DNA of 64,000 nt from Octopus sinensis (GCF_006345805.1 NC_043002.1:119660001-119724000); one strand, 5' to 3'. Shown: positions 39,947 to 53,544, counted from the first letter of the stretch. A program made the numbers and translations. The notes: a model not told the origin generated them from the sequence alone.

Positions 39947-40703
39947 ATTAGGTTGTCAAGAAAGTTCATGCGGAATTTTAAATTTTGGTTTTAAATGATG
40001 TATTTTGAAATTAATCTTCGTTAAATTACTTTGACTTTATATATCCTTGTAAAGCCCGTTTTTAGCTCTAATCATGTTACTTTTTTTCTTTTTGAATAAT
40101 TAGGCCATTTTTTCCAGAACGTTGAATGCAACATGGACAAAAAGCAAATTCGCACAGTTTTCTTATTCCAGTTCAGGCTAGGCCGAAAAGCTGCTGAAAC
40201 AGTTTGCGGTATCAACGATGCGTTTGGCCCAGGAACCACTAACTGAACGTACAGCACAATGATGGTTCAAGAAATTTCGTAGCAGTGACGAGAGTCTTGA
40301 AGATGATAAGCGTAGTGGTCGGCCATAGGATGTTGACAACGATCAACTAGGGGCCTTAGACGAAGCCAATCCACGCACAACTGTTCGAGAGCTTGCTTCT
40401 GAATTGGATGTAACGTATACAACAATTTCCAACCACTTGAAAGCGATGGGAAAAACAAAAATACTTGAGAAATGGGTGCCGCACGAATTGAACGACAACC
40501 AAAAAAAAAAAACAAAAAAACCCGGCGTTTTGATGTGTCGTCTTCCTTTCTTTTACGCAACAAGAACGACCCGTTTCTCGACCGGATTGTGACTTGCGAT
40601 GAAAAGTGGACTCTGTACGAGAACCGGCGACGCTCAGCTCATTGGTTGGGCGCCGACGAAGCTCCACAGCACTTCCCGAACCAAAGATGCGCCAAAAGAA
40701 GGT
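39947..40703 (+). pseudogene. Mariner transposon, 5' half (Hsmar1/cecropia-like), 3'-truncated
   Basis: TA TTAGGTTG.. TIR-like start; MDKKQIR..RKAAET..WFKKFRS.DESLEDD.RSGRP, WVPHEL, RIVTCDEKW. Confidence 0.9.
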
Positions 40704-41354
40704 ATATTCTCCGTGGCAAAACACAGCGAGTAGCTTGTTTCCTATTTAGAACGTGCATCAAGTATATTCGGACTATCAGTCCGAGTATACTTGATGCAAT
40801 TTCACTTATCATTGCTTAGCGCCCCCACCTCTGTAATATTGTTCCTATAGCTTCCTATTGTTAAATTTACGAATATGGTATTCGAGTTTATTTGACATTG
40901 CATCGGGCAGTTTCACCATATGCCTGTTAAAAGTTGTACAGTACCTACTAGATGTAGGAAAATGTGGAAAAAATACTCCATCAGTTTTAGATGATACCCG
41001 TAATCCGAACGCCGTATTACACCATAGAATACTACATTTATTAGACTTCTCATTTGTTTTAGTATAACCGTCACCGTACTTTGTAGAATTATGCAGATTG
41101 GAATTTAAGTAAGATTTTAAAACTTCCTATTTCCAACAGCTTGCTTCAAATATCTTTTTCTATCTGCGCTTTTATTCCACCACTTAATTCTGATTTTAAA
41201 TTTAGGCTCTTCTCTTCCTTAATAATAACACTTTTGTATCTTCATCAGGTTCAGTAATACAGCTAACTATATACGTTTTATTATTTTCATTTTCATTTTT
41301 ATATTGATTAACTATACTACTAGTGGGACCTGTGGAAATTCCACAGAACGAAAA

Positions 41355-41965
41355 GTCAGTGAAGTATAGCATATATAAAACTTCTGACACCCAGAAATGC
41401 AGACTCTATGATAAGACATTTGGTAAGTGAATGCGAGAGCCTTGCACAAAAAGAATACAAGCGCCACTAAAATAAAGTGTGTGTATCTTCATTGGCTTGT
41501 ATGCCATAAATACTAATATGAAGTTAAAAAGAACTGGTATGAGCATGTACCAAGTAAAGTTATGCAAGATGGAAAAGGAACGATACTCTGGGACTACGAC
41601 TTTCAAACGGATCGTGTAATCGAACACCGTCGGATATTGTCTTACTGAATAAGAGAGACAAATACTGTCAGATCATTGATGTAGCCATGCCAAATGACAT
41701 AAATGTTGTGAGTAAAGAGGTTGAAAAAAATCACGAAGTACACCGAATTGAAAATGGAAATGGTAAGACTGTAAGGAATGTGAGAGGTTAATATAAAAGT
41801 AGTAATCGGAGTGTTGCGCTGAATCTCATTGAAATTTCAAGAATTCTTAAGGCAACTGGCAATCCCATGCAGGATTGAGGTTTTGCAAAAAGCAGTCTTA
41901 TTGGGCACAGCGCACATCTTAAGGAAAGGCTGAAGTGCTTGTTGTGACTTCACAGATGGCTAACG
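41355..41965 (+). mobile_element. Decayed R4/Dong-like 3' fragment followed by (AAC/AAT)n
   Basis: SVKYSIYKTSDTQKCRL, HLVSECESLAQKEYKRH, ILWDYDFQTDRVIEH, QIIDVAMPND, LQKAVLLGTAHILRK. Confidence 0.85.
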
Positions 41966-43125
41966 ACAACAACGACAACAAAACCAAAAACAATAACAAC
42001 AACAACAACAATAATAATGATATTAACTATTATTATAATTGTCGTTGCTGTTGCTCTCACTTTCGTGTGGGTCTAGAGTCCGGTCTACTTTACTATCGTG
42101 GAAGTGAAATAAGAATAAAGAAATCCCCTCCCCCACCAATGAAAATCAAATCAAACCACAGCAATGCTAAACTGAAACCAAACAGATGCTGTGTGAATCG
42201 AGTTTCAACTCTATATGTATGTACGTATGTATCTATGGTGCTCTTGGACATGAACATATGATGTGCGCCTGGTTGTGGACGACACTATCATTGTAATGGA
42301 CAAACTGCAATATGAGAAATTAGAGGGACACTAGAAAATTAATCACAAACATTCATCTTGAAAAAACAGATATATAACTTACGTTTATCCTAAATACACA
42401 AATAAATTCCTGCTCTTACAAGAAGACATGAATTTCATCACGAATATGAAATATCTCTAGCGAATCCCTGACTTAGCAGGACATTTAGATTCTCCTCAAC
42501 AAACGAAGCACTAAATAAAGAATTCTAGCGAATAAAACAACACTAATCAATGATGGCTATTGAGAAACTCTACTAGACCAAGCTATATAGCAATATATAC
42601 ACAATAACAAAGTAATAAATACATTTTATACTTCACCTATTCAAAATAAACAAACCACATATAAAGTGTGTTATATGAACCACACGCTTACTAACTATAG
42701 AGTAAATGATTACTTTATTGAAATCCTCATCAATAGATCACAGAATGCATTGTACCAAACATAGACTAAATCAATACCAAAAAGGAAACCATTGTTCGGT
42801 CACATGACATACTAAAAATAGCAAACTTGTCTTCTTCAAATCAAACTTTTTAAAGGACACATTGGTCAATGTAGTGCAAGGTACTCCGTATGAACAAGAA
42901 GAACATGTCAGTCTAGACGAGAATCATAGGTTTGCTCGATGTAGAAAACCAGTCTTGATCATTATGCCTTATATTCAAATATATGTATATCTACACATAC
43001 ACACGCCCACACACAGGCACTCACACACACCACAAAAAACCACGCACGCACACACACACACACACACACACCACGCGCGCGCGCGCGCGCGCGCACACAC
43101 AGAGAAATATCTTATCTAAATATTC

Positions 43126-43248
43126 TTAAACAAGAATATTATTGGGTGTGACATCGAAATTTCGACCAGCTAAGTGATCATCGGATTGTCTGACGATATC
43201 TTAGCTGACCGAAACTTTGAAACCATTGCCAATAATATTCTTGTTCAA
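43126..43248. repeat. Diverged hairpin with degenerate hammerhead-like cores in both arms
   Basis: Outer 20 bp nearly perfect; plus strand CTGACGA..GAAA, minus strand CCGATGA..GAAA. Confidence 0.6.
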
Positions 43249-43329
43249 GTGTAATAAATTTGTGCTTTAAAAATATGTATAGGATAATCCATCAGGTTTA
43301 TATAAAAGGTTTTTATTATAGCATTATTA

Positions 43330-43561
43330 AATCTCAGAACGAGATGTAAACAGTAACCGCTCGACAATGTAAAGTATAAAAGCCATCTCAATATGGCTAA
43401 CCACAAAGGGTGGGTGGGTGTTACTGTAGCTTTTTAGCCCCAGGAGATCATCGTCTCCAGCTGGCTTTAGACACACTTTCTGTGCCCTTAAAGTATTTGC
43501 AAAGGGAGGCCATCTCTTTCTCGTAAGCCTGAGTGATACGCACCGGACTGGTTTCGAGATT
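43330..43561. mobile_element. MITE-like element
   Basis: Imperfect terminal inverted ends AATCTCAGAAC / GTTTCGAGATT; 43367-43436 also occurs inside the Helitron at 10669-10737. Confidence 0.5.
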
Positions 43562-43655
43562 ATTGTCTCTTATCAACGGATATTATAACTGAACATAAAA
43601 ACAAACATACACACATACATACATATACATACATACATAGATACATAGATACATT

Positions 43656-43689
<34 letters not shown>

Positions 43690-44749
43690 TACACCTACAC
43701 ATATACATACACAGATATATGTATGTGCATATATGTACATGTATATATGTATGTAAAAAAGCAAAACTTTAAGGCAAGATATACAACCTTGTTTTGAATA
43801 TATATATATATATATATATATACGAAAACATATCATACATACATACATACATACATACATACATACATACATACACACACACATACATACATGTTCTCTG
43901 TCACATGTTATATGCATGTGTATGATCGAAGTATTAGGCTTAGCTGCCCTCGAGGTAACTACTTCCTTGAATCTTTCGTCATCCTGTTGACGAAGAAATA
44001 CTTGAAAAAGTTGCGGTATTTCGTCAACGTTATGTGCTCAGCATATACTCTACTATGTATGTTATTTATTATAGCCTTTTATATTATCAAAGCCAAAAAA
44101 GTAGCATCATCACATCATTTGATTCTTCCCGTACTAAACCATACAACTGTTGATACTCTAAATAAATGTTTATTTCTGAGAAAAAATATACAAAGCACCT
44201 AGTTTTAGATTAAGTTAACTCGATATTATGATAATCTCCATAAGCCGTTTACCTGTTTTCAGTTCTTTAGAATGTCTTTTCTCTCCTTTATATTTAATAT
44301 TCTGTTTTCTTTCAGTTTTTACTGTTTTTCCTATAATCATTTCCATGCTCCATTCTCAACATTTCTCTCTCCCTTCTCTTAAGTTTTTTTTTTCTTTCGT
44401 TCTTTCTTCATAATCTCTCATCTTCTCACTAGTTTCTACATCATCCCTCCCTTTTATAATCTCCTGAACTCTCTTCGAATTCTTTCTTCATAATCTCCCG
44501 GAACACACACACACACACACACACACTGACATTTTCTCTCTCTTTCTCTCCCTTTTTCTCTCTCTCTCTCTCTTTATTTTTCTGTCTGTAGTTTTGTCAT
44601 CACGTTCATTCTTTAGATATTTTCTTGTCTGCCTCTCTTTATTCTATTTTCTCTCTTCCAACTTCTCTGTATATCTTTTGACTATAATAGCGTTTCTTTC
44701 CTTTTCTCTTTATGTACATATTTTTTATATCATTCCATATTCTTATTTC

Positions 44750-44812
<63 letters not shown>

Positions 44813-46713
44813 CCTACCTATCTATCTATCTATCTATCTATCTATATCTGTCTGGCTGTCTGTCTGCCTGTCTGTCTGCCTACCTGTCTGTCTGTCTTTC
44901 TGTCTGTCTGTCCGTCCGTATGTCTGCCTGTCTGTCTGCCTGTCTGTCTAGTTAGCTTGCTAGCAAGCTAGTTACATCATTGTATTTATTCTTTTTCATC
45001 CCTGGCATTATGAATTTGTTTTCTTTTCGTCTTAATTCGGTAAAAATATTGAAGAATATAATTAAAACATTGTAGAAATATAAACGAATGAATAAAAAGC
45101 TGAAATTCAATCCTAGAAAATGCAGGAAAAAGTTAAAAATCAAACTTCAAATTCCCGTTGATAAAAGTAGAAATGATTTCCATTCCGTGCTTTCGTACAA
45201 GGACCGGCACGTTTCTATTGATTTCTGCCAGAAAGGACTGAAAGTAGGAGAATTAAAAGAAATGGCATCATCGGAGCATGTAGCTGAAACATATAAACAG
45301 AAGTAGTGGTCGTCGCGGTTGAGCGGCCGAAACAAATTCTACATTAAAAACAAATAATTGAATAATTCTATAAACACATAACTCAAATCAATCACATTGA
45401 TTCGGGATTAATATTTATTGTTCCAGCTGAAGAGTTAATTAACGAACAGGCGAGAGAAGCAAGGAAGCAAGGGAAACGGTTAATTAACTGCAAGTGAAGC
45501 AAGCCTTTTAGCCAAACGCGTTAATAAAGGAAGAATTTTAAGCTTTGGTTCCACATTCAATTCAAACACCTTTGAACATACATTGTAGAAAATTAACCTT
45601 TTCTATTAAGCATTCTATACAAAACGCACACGCACACACACTTACTCGAACGCACAAACATACCCACATACACGACGACACAGAAACACACATAAGCATA
45701 CACCTTTGCATACACACCTTCAGTGATGTAATTTATTCGAATACTTCTGTTGTCTTTAAAAAATAATGCAAGTGCTGTTGAATGGATTTGATGTTGATTT
45801 TTATTTCAATGCTCGATTGGCAATTTAATAATGTAATTATGAAAATTTTCACTTTTTGTTTATTTTCATTTGACAAGGAGGACCTATACTTTAAAGTTAG
45901 GGTGCACTGTGAAGTTATTACATTAACAAACGCCTCCAGACATTATTAGAATTTTAATGTAGCTTGACAGATGCAGCACAATGGCGAGGGTGGCGGCCGA
46001 TTTCTCAATTTCCGCTTCATCAAAGATATACATAAGTGGTTGCGTTACCGAGTTTATAGTGCAATTGACAGGCTCCTGATTAGTAAACATTATTTATAAA
46101 CTATCATTTCAACTGAAGTCTTTGGAAATTACCCGAATATACATTCTTTTCTAGACCCTTTATATCTCAATTTTTTTTCATACATTTTTAGAATTTGAGC
46201 TCTTTAAAGGGTCAGTTTCGAAGTAGGAGTCACTCTTTCTCAGTTAATAATTATGGAAATAGTAAAGTAGAAGCATTTTTGATAATATTTAACGGATCAT
46301 AATTAAAATAGCATAGCATTTTTTTCCTTTGCCCTCATTTATGAATTGTATATAAATATGTATATATACATAGGGTTTCCAGCAGTGGACGCGGTTGCCA
46401 AATACACACACACACATGTACACACACACACACACACACACCACACACACACACACACACACACTCACACACACACACACTATAGGCTTCTTTCAGTTTC
46501 CGTATACCAAACCCATTTACAATGCAGTAGTCGGCTCGGGGCTATAGTAGAAAACACCTGACAAAAGTGAGACTAAACTCCAGAATCATATTTGGGAAAC
46601 AAGCTTCTTACCGCACAGGCACACCTGTACATACATACATACATACGTACATACATACATACATACATACATACATACGCACATACATACATACATACAT
46701 ACATACATACATG

Positions 46714-46758
<45 letters not shown>

Positions 46759-46777
46759 TTTCATATATATTTTCATA

Positions 46778-47005
46778 GGCGGCGAGCTGGTAGAAACGTT
46801 AGCACGCCGGGCGAAATTGGTAGCCGTATTTCGTCTGTCGTTACGTTCCGAGTTCAAATTCCGCCGAGGTCAACTTTGCCTTTCATCCTTTCGGGGTCGA
46901 TAAATTAAGTACCAGTTACGCACTGGGGTCGATGTAGTCGACTTTATCCCTTTGTCTGTCCTTGTTTGTCTCCTCTGTGTTTAGCTCCTTGTGGGTAGTA
47001 AAGAA
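46778..47005 (+). mobile_element. SINE family B
   Basis: Matches the family B consensus. Confidence 0.9.
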
Positions 47006-48051
47006 ATATATATATATATATATATATATTTTCATGAATATTTAGAAGTACAAGCGGCGGTGAGGGACAAACACAGACACAATCACACCCACATATATAT
47101 TTATTTATGTGTGTGTGTGTACTGGCAGACATACCCAGCGTGGCTCGGGATTAGAATTTGCATAGTTTGTAAATGTGGTGCAGTGACGTTGAAACACGTA
47201 AGACGGGTAAGCATTGACAACGAAACATTTGTGAAGTAAATGAAGCGCTAATTTGACTAATTGACATATCATGCGTCTATTTGGAAGATTCCAGGCCCTA
47301 ACCTTGTCATGGAAAAGTAGATGGGGTGGGGTATGTGATTTTTGAACGCATCAAAAAGCTCTCAGTGGATAATCTCTCCTTTGCAGCTGTCGGCGCTGCC
47401 GCTACCATGCTGAACAATCAGCAGAAATAGGAAGTACATCTATTTGACAAATTAAGCCTGTGGGCGGCCCCAACAGCACCACATGAGAGAAATCTACATG
47501 AAAGAAATGGCCGGGTAAGGGGTGGAATTAGGAAGAAACGCTTCAAAACAACCCTGCTAAGTGATATTTCGGTTTTTAATCAATAGTTGCGGCTTAATCG
47601 TACCTACATCCCTTCGTGGAATTAGCGTCCGACCATAGCGAGGACTACTCAGCTATCAAGCGAAAACAATTCTGCATGCAACGTCCGGGCACGCATGATC
47701 ACGTTAAGGACATGGTCTCTGACTGACATAATTGGGTCTTAATCACCCTAAATTAGTAGGTTTATGTACATGCGATATTTCGGTTTGTAATCAATAGTTG
47801 TAGAATATTTGTATGGTCTTCGTCTATGCTAAGAAGAAAGACTTTGACCCTGAAGTTAAAAGAAAATAGTTGAATAGGTGCTAAGGATTTAACATATTTT
47901 AGCATATTTTTCATAATAGACATAGAACGTTCCAAACGGTTTTTATTCCAGCAAATTGCTACCCATGGTACTACGGAACAAGCTATCATTGGTACCACTT
48001 AGACAACGTAGTGTGAAGTCTACATGGGTTCATCCATTTTATGGATGGATC

Positions 48052-48428
48052 GAAGCACTCCGTCGGTTACGACGATGAGGGTTCCGGTTGATCCGAATCA
48101 ACGGAACAGCCTGCTCGTGAAATTAACGTGAGCACTCCACAGACACGTGCACCCTTAACGTAGTTCTCGGGGATACTGAGCGTGACACAGATAGTGACAA
48201 GTCCAACAGGTACAACAGAAATACAGGTACAACAGAAACAGGAAGTAAGAGTGAAAGAAAGTTGTGGTGAAAGAGTACAGCAGGGATCACCACCATCCCC
48301 TGCCGGAGTCTCGTGAAGCTTTAGGTGTTTTCGCTCAATAAACACTCACAACGCCCGGTCTGGGAATCGAAACCGCGATCCTATGACCGCGAGTCCGCTG
48401 CCCTAACCACTGGGCCACTGCGCCTCCA
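48052..48428 (-). mobile_element. SINE family C
   Basis: Matches the family C consensus. Confidence 0.9.
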
Positions 48429-49224
48429 CTATCCATTTTATACAATCTACTTATGTCATTCAAACTGTTCAAATTGTTTTCCCCAGTCTGAACAGAAGCA
48501 ATGTGTGGACCATGCAGGGAGTCGTACGTACCTCAGGAAAGGGAGTTTTCTGCAACCTGGGGCCCCATTACTCATTATGTGATAACTTTTAAATGTCTAA
48601 AACCATCTCTGGGGCATAAGTAATGTATGTTCCCAGTTTGGAGAAAATTAGTTGCAAACTTCAGAAGTTCTGCGAGTTTACACACACACAGAGACACACA
48701 CACATACAGACACACACACACACACACAGAAAAAAAAACAAACACACAAACTTAGTTATATATATATATATGTAGATGTGTGTGTGTATGTGTGTTGTGT
48801 GTATACTTCATGTAGTACCTGCTTGGTAATTGTTGTTGAGCTTTAGGTTTATACTTCGTAATTTGAAGTCTCGCCTCCCGGAATGCAGAGGAAACTGAAC
48901 AAATGAGAGGTTTCTATCATTTCAGACCCACCATTTTGTATGGCGAATTGGCAACAAAGTTAACTAAATTAGAGGAAACTATTTACAGATTTAGAAAGAA
49001 GACTGAAAAATGCAAGATTTTCAATACTGCCGCAGAACAAGAATGTGGGAATTTGTAATCGAAGTTCCATTATATAACTAAATGATATTGAGACTAAAAC
49101 ATTTCACTATGTTCTTGATTGAGTTTGTGCATACAATTAATATCAAATATACTTACATACATATACGCACATGAATACGCGCACATATATTTGTCTGTGT
49201 GTGTACATGTGTTTACATATATTC

Positions 49225-49629
49225 TCTTTCTCTTTTTCTCTTTTACTTGTTTCAGTCATTTGACTGCGGCCATGCTGGAGCACCGCCTTTAGTCGAGCAA
49301 ATCGACACCGGGACTTATTCTTTGTAAGCCCAGTACTTATTCTATCGGTCTCTTTTGCCGAAATGCTAAGTGACGGGGACGTAAACACACCAGCATCGGT
49401 TGTCAAGCAATGCTAGGGGGACAAACACAGACACACAAACACACACATATATATATATACATATATACGACAGGCTTCTTTCAGTTTCCATCTACCAAAT
49501 CCACTCACAAGGCATTGGTCAGCCCGGGGCCATAGCAGAAGACACTTGCCCAAGATGCCACGCAGTGGGACTGAACCCAGAACCATGTGGTTGGTTAGCA
49601 AGCTACTTACCACACAGCCACTCCTGCGC
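49225..49629 (-). mobile_element. SINE family A (full length)
   Basis: Matches the family A consensus. Confidence 0.9.
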
Positions 49630-50397
49630 TTATTATTGATTATAAGTGAAAGGTATCACTAAAGCTGTATATATAATTGCCGCTGGATGCTAAAATAGAA
49701 TAATTGTTTGGTAATGATGAGGATAATAATAATTCTTCCGAATTTTCGCACAAAGTCAGCAATGTTGAGGGGTTACGTCGATTACATTGACCCCTGCACT
49801 TGACTTGTACTTATTTTCTCGACTGAAAGTATGGAAGGTGAAGTAGCCCTCCGTGATTTCGGCATGTAAAGAATCTAAAGAAATACTGGAATACATTTTG
49901 ACCGTGTGGAATAGCTGAGAAGGTGTGTGCACTGACTGAGAACGGCATGACTAGTTGGAAAACACGTCTTTCCTGTAACAACCAGCACTTAACCGGGGTA
50001 ACAATCAAAAATGGTATCTTCTAAGAAAACTCTTGTTCACCTCTTACACATCACTAGATTTCTATATATTGCTAGCGTAGAATTAGACCGGTCGCATTGC
50101 CCGACTAACAGAGGGCAGTGTGCACTTGACGGCATTCCAGATACCAAGTGCGTAATCTTGGTCTAAATAGTAATCCTTTCAACTATAGACACAGTATTAA
50201 ACTTTTGGAGGTGGGGGTTCTTATTTTATTAACCCTGAAAGTAAAAAGGGCAATGTAGACCTCGAAGGAATTTGAACTTAGGACATAAAGACGGACAAAA
50301 TACGCTAAGCATTTTGTGCGGGGGCTACAGGTTCTGCCAGCGCGCCGCACTTATATAACAACAACAACAAGAAAAACAATACCAACAACAACAATAT

Positions 50398-50444
<47 letters not shown>

Positions 50445-50468
50445 CTCCTAATAATAATAATAATAATA

Positions 50469-50501
<33 letters not shown>

Positions 50502-50519
50502 TGATGATAATAATAATGA

Positions 50520-50960
50520 TAATGAACAGAGACCAGGCTAGTGAATTTAAAAGGCTCCCTCTGTAACAATGTGAAACGTGCGACCCAAAAAAGTTGATGA
50601 GATTCTGAAATCCATGCTGATAAAAGATCTGACGTAAACAAAGGGTTTGATCAGATCTGCTTCAATTTTAGTAGGTGAACTGTTTGGAGAGAAAGAGAGG
50701 AAAGTAGACGGACAGAGGGAAACATGGTGGAAATAGAGAATTGAAGGCGATGTTCTAACTTTGCGTAAAGATATGAGCCACATAGAAGAGTGGTCCAAAT
50801 AGCAATGGTAAAAATGGAAAAAAAAGGTGCAAGGGCATATCTTGACACGAAGTAACAAATAGAAAACAATGGGTTCAAAATTGATGGCACACAGATCGCA
50901 TATCGCAGTTCCAACAAATCCGGATATTCTCGAATAATCAGAGGCAGTTTTTTTTATTCA
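50520..50960 (+). mobile_element. R4/Dong-like N-terminal ORF relic directly after (AAT)n
   Basis: KKVDEILKS..LIRSASILVGELFG..ETWWK*RIEGDV..LRKDMSHIEEW resembles the pre-RT region of R4/Dong ORFs. Confidence 0.6.
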
Positions 50961-51102
50961 TGCCTGTTGCACCCACCTATAAACTGTTCCTCGAATGTTA
51001 AGACCAAAATGTGAGGTTTGAATGGCTGCTATCTCTTGCAGGTTTTGTATTGGCATAGAATGATATAATATAATATGATATAATACAATATATTATGACA
51101 TG

Positions 51103-51134
<32 letters not shown>

Positions 51135-51194
51135 ATATATATATAATATATTGTATGTATGTATATAATATATATGTATGTATGTATATATATG

Positions 51195-51296
<102 letters not shown>

Positions 51297-51859
51297 ATAA
51301 ATATATTTATATATATATAATATATATATTAGAAGAAATGAGTACTCAGATATCTGGATGGTTTTATATTTACAGATATTTATTAATATGTCGAATGTTT
51401 TTATAAATCATATATTAGCGCTTGCGTCCATTCTAGTGGAGTCGTCAGATTGAAGTCTTTCGGGAATTTTGTTTCTTTTTATAGTATTATTGAGAGTGTA
51501 GGGGTAGAGAGAAATATAAGATAGTACAAGAGGGTAAGGAATTGGGAGAAAGTGAGAGAGAGTGCGTGTGTGTATGTATGTGTGTATGTGTGTCTGTGCT
51601 TTTGTATCTGAAAGAGTGTCAATGCAAAAGAGGAGGAAGGGTAGAAGGAGGAGAGAAAAAAGAAAAATGTGTTGACATCTTTGCAGCTGGTCAGTCATTC
51701 AATAGTACGTGATTTTGGCGTTTAGTAATGGCAAATCCAGCTTGTCACTTCAAGGGGGGCAAAATGGCACTTCTCAAAAAATTGTCTGGATTTCTTTTTA
51801 TCATTGTCTTGTGTGTGTGTGTGTGTGTGCGTGTGTGTGAGAGAGAGAAAGAGAGAGAG

Positions 51860-51909
<50 letters not shown>

Positions 51910-52139
51910 TATGTGCGTTTGTGTGTGTGAGTGCCTGTGTATCTGAGAGGAGTGTCAATGGAAAAGAGAAGGGGAAGAATGAAGGAAGAGAGGAAGAAGA
52001 AATAATTGTGTCGACATCTATACCGCTGTTCAGTTCTTTCAATCCAATGTTTGATTCCTGTGCTGATATGGGTTGGAGAATCTGGATGAAAGACTGTTTA
52101 TATTTATGTATATCTACATATGTGTAGTACTGTGTGTGT

Positions 52140-52915
52140 GTGTGTGTTTTTAATACAATTTACTTTACAAAATTTGCCCTTCATCTAGTACAAATTATTA
52201 TAGAAATATTTTCCGCTATTCAATTTGGAGGAGAACTTTGTTATGAAGTATATTTCCATATTTTTCCTGAAGGAGGTGTCATACTTTGGGCATTGATACA
52301 AAGAAAAGATCTTAAATCTTCCTTCTCCACATGTATCTAGGTGTTTACTCAGTGAAATATTTCGCAGTTCCTCCTGTCGAACAAGTTGTCGGTCAATTCT
52401 GACTCGTTGGAAGAAAGAATTTCCAGTTTCGCCTATATAATTCTCCTTGCATGTGGGGCATGTTATGCAGTATATTACGTTCTGCGTCTTGCAGTTCATA
52501 TCTGCATTTACTTTGAATATGTGACCACTCTTAAATTATATTTGTTTGTCTCCCTCTATATATTTGTAGGTGGAGTTACTGCAGATCCCACATCTACCAT
52601 CTCTGCACTCTTTTACAACGAATTCGGTTTTATTCTCTGATGAAAATTTCGTTCTTGTTAGTTGTTTCTTTAGGTTTTTGTCTTGTCGTCTACTGTTTTT
52701 TATGCAATATTTGTTTAATATGTTTCCCATTTTGGTGCGTTATAGGACTATTGGTAAGTTTGAATGTATGATTTGAAACGTGTTGGTAACTCCAGGATTG
52801 TGAGTTTATGAAAGGGATGATGTTTTCTTTGTTTTTCGTTTTAGGAGTTCTGAGTTGTGTGATGTCCTGGTTCATTGCTCTTGAGATTCCATTTTTTATT
52901 AATTTGAGTGGTCTA
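52140..52915 (-). pseudogene. Penelope-like element fragment: RT thumb/linker plus GIY-YIG endonuclease
   Basis: ORF 52185-52499 MNCKTQNVIYCITCPTCKENYIGETG..QRV..HL; upstream VKECRDGRCGIC Cys linker and LKLIKNGISRAM..NIIPFI in other frames. Confidence 0.9.
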
Positions 52916-52941
52916 TATATATATATTCTATTATAAGAAGA

Positions 52942-52974
<33 letters not shown>

Positions 52975-53015
52975 TGTATGTATGTATGCATGCATGTATA
53001 TATATATATATATAT

Positions 53016-53360
53016 GTTTCCTAATACTTTGCATGTACCACGTCCTCGCGTTGTTGTTTTTTACTTGTTGTTTTCTTCGTTTTGGGGGGGGGGGTGAAGG
53101 ATTTACTATTATATATATATATATATTATATATATATATATATATAATAGTAAATCCTTCAACACCCAAAACGACGAAAACAACAAGTAAAAAACAACAA
53201 CGCGAGGACGTGGTACATGCAAAGTATTAGAAAACGCTCAGGGAAGGAAAAAAAGAAGGGTTTATGTTTCGAGCAAAGCTCTTCTTCAGAAACAGGAGAC
53301 AGAGGAGACTCCAACAGAAAAGGAAGACAGAAGAAAAAAAAATCTTCCAGTTACATTTTG
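53016..53360 (-). mobile_element. PLE pseudo-LTR-like module, tail-to-tail inverted around (TA)n
   Basis: 53016-53110 is the reverse complement of 53146-53236; same family as 36641-36860 and 37740-37826. Confidence 0.8.
53260..53293 (-). ncRNA. Minimal hammerhead-like motif (canonical CTGAAGA core)
   Basis: Minus strand: GTTT CTGAAGA A GAGC TTT GCTC GAAA CAT AAAC; stem III region is one nt shorter than in sister copies. Confidence 0.6.
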
Positions 53361-53544
53361 ATATGTTTCATTTAGGCATTACAATGCTGATGACCTCGTG
53401 TTAGAGCTCAATGTACATATGCTCATGAGATAGGCTTCCCAAACACTCTCCTGACTGATTTATGTTTCCTACATACGTGTATTTTTTTACATTGGTAAGG
53501 CTTTTCTATGTACGAGGTTTCTTTCTATGTACAAGCTTTTCTAT

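Noticed and set aside
41200-41235. CTGATGA plus a weak stem on the minus strand
   Set aside because: No GAAA follows.
43075-43094. (CG)n run with Z-DNA potential
   Set aside because: Part of a CA/CG microsatellite; no further evidence of function.
45180-45460. Hammerhead-like strings CCGATGA-TGCC..GGCA-GAAA (minus) and CTGAAGA-GTTAATTAAC-GAAC (plus)
   Set aside because: No NUH site or stem I/III pairing; compatible with chance or heavy decay.
47387-47514. Plus-strand segment with strong acceptor and donor
   Set aside because: Stop codons in all three frames; probably decayed repeat.
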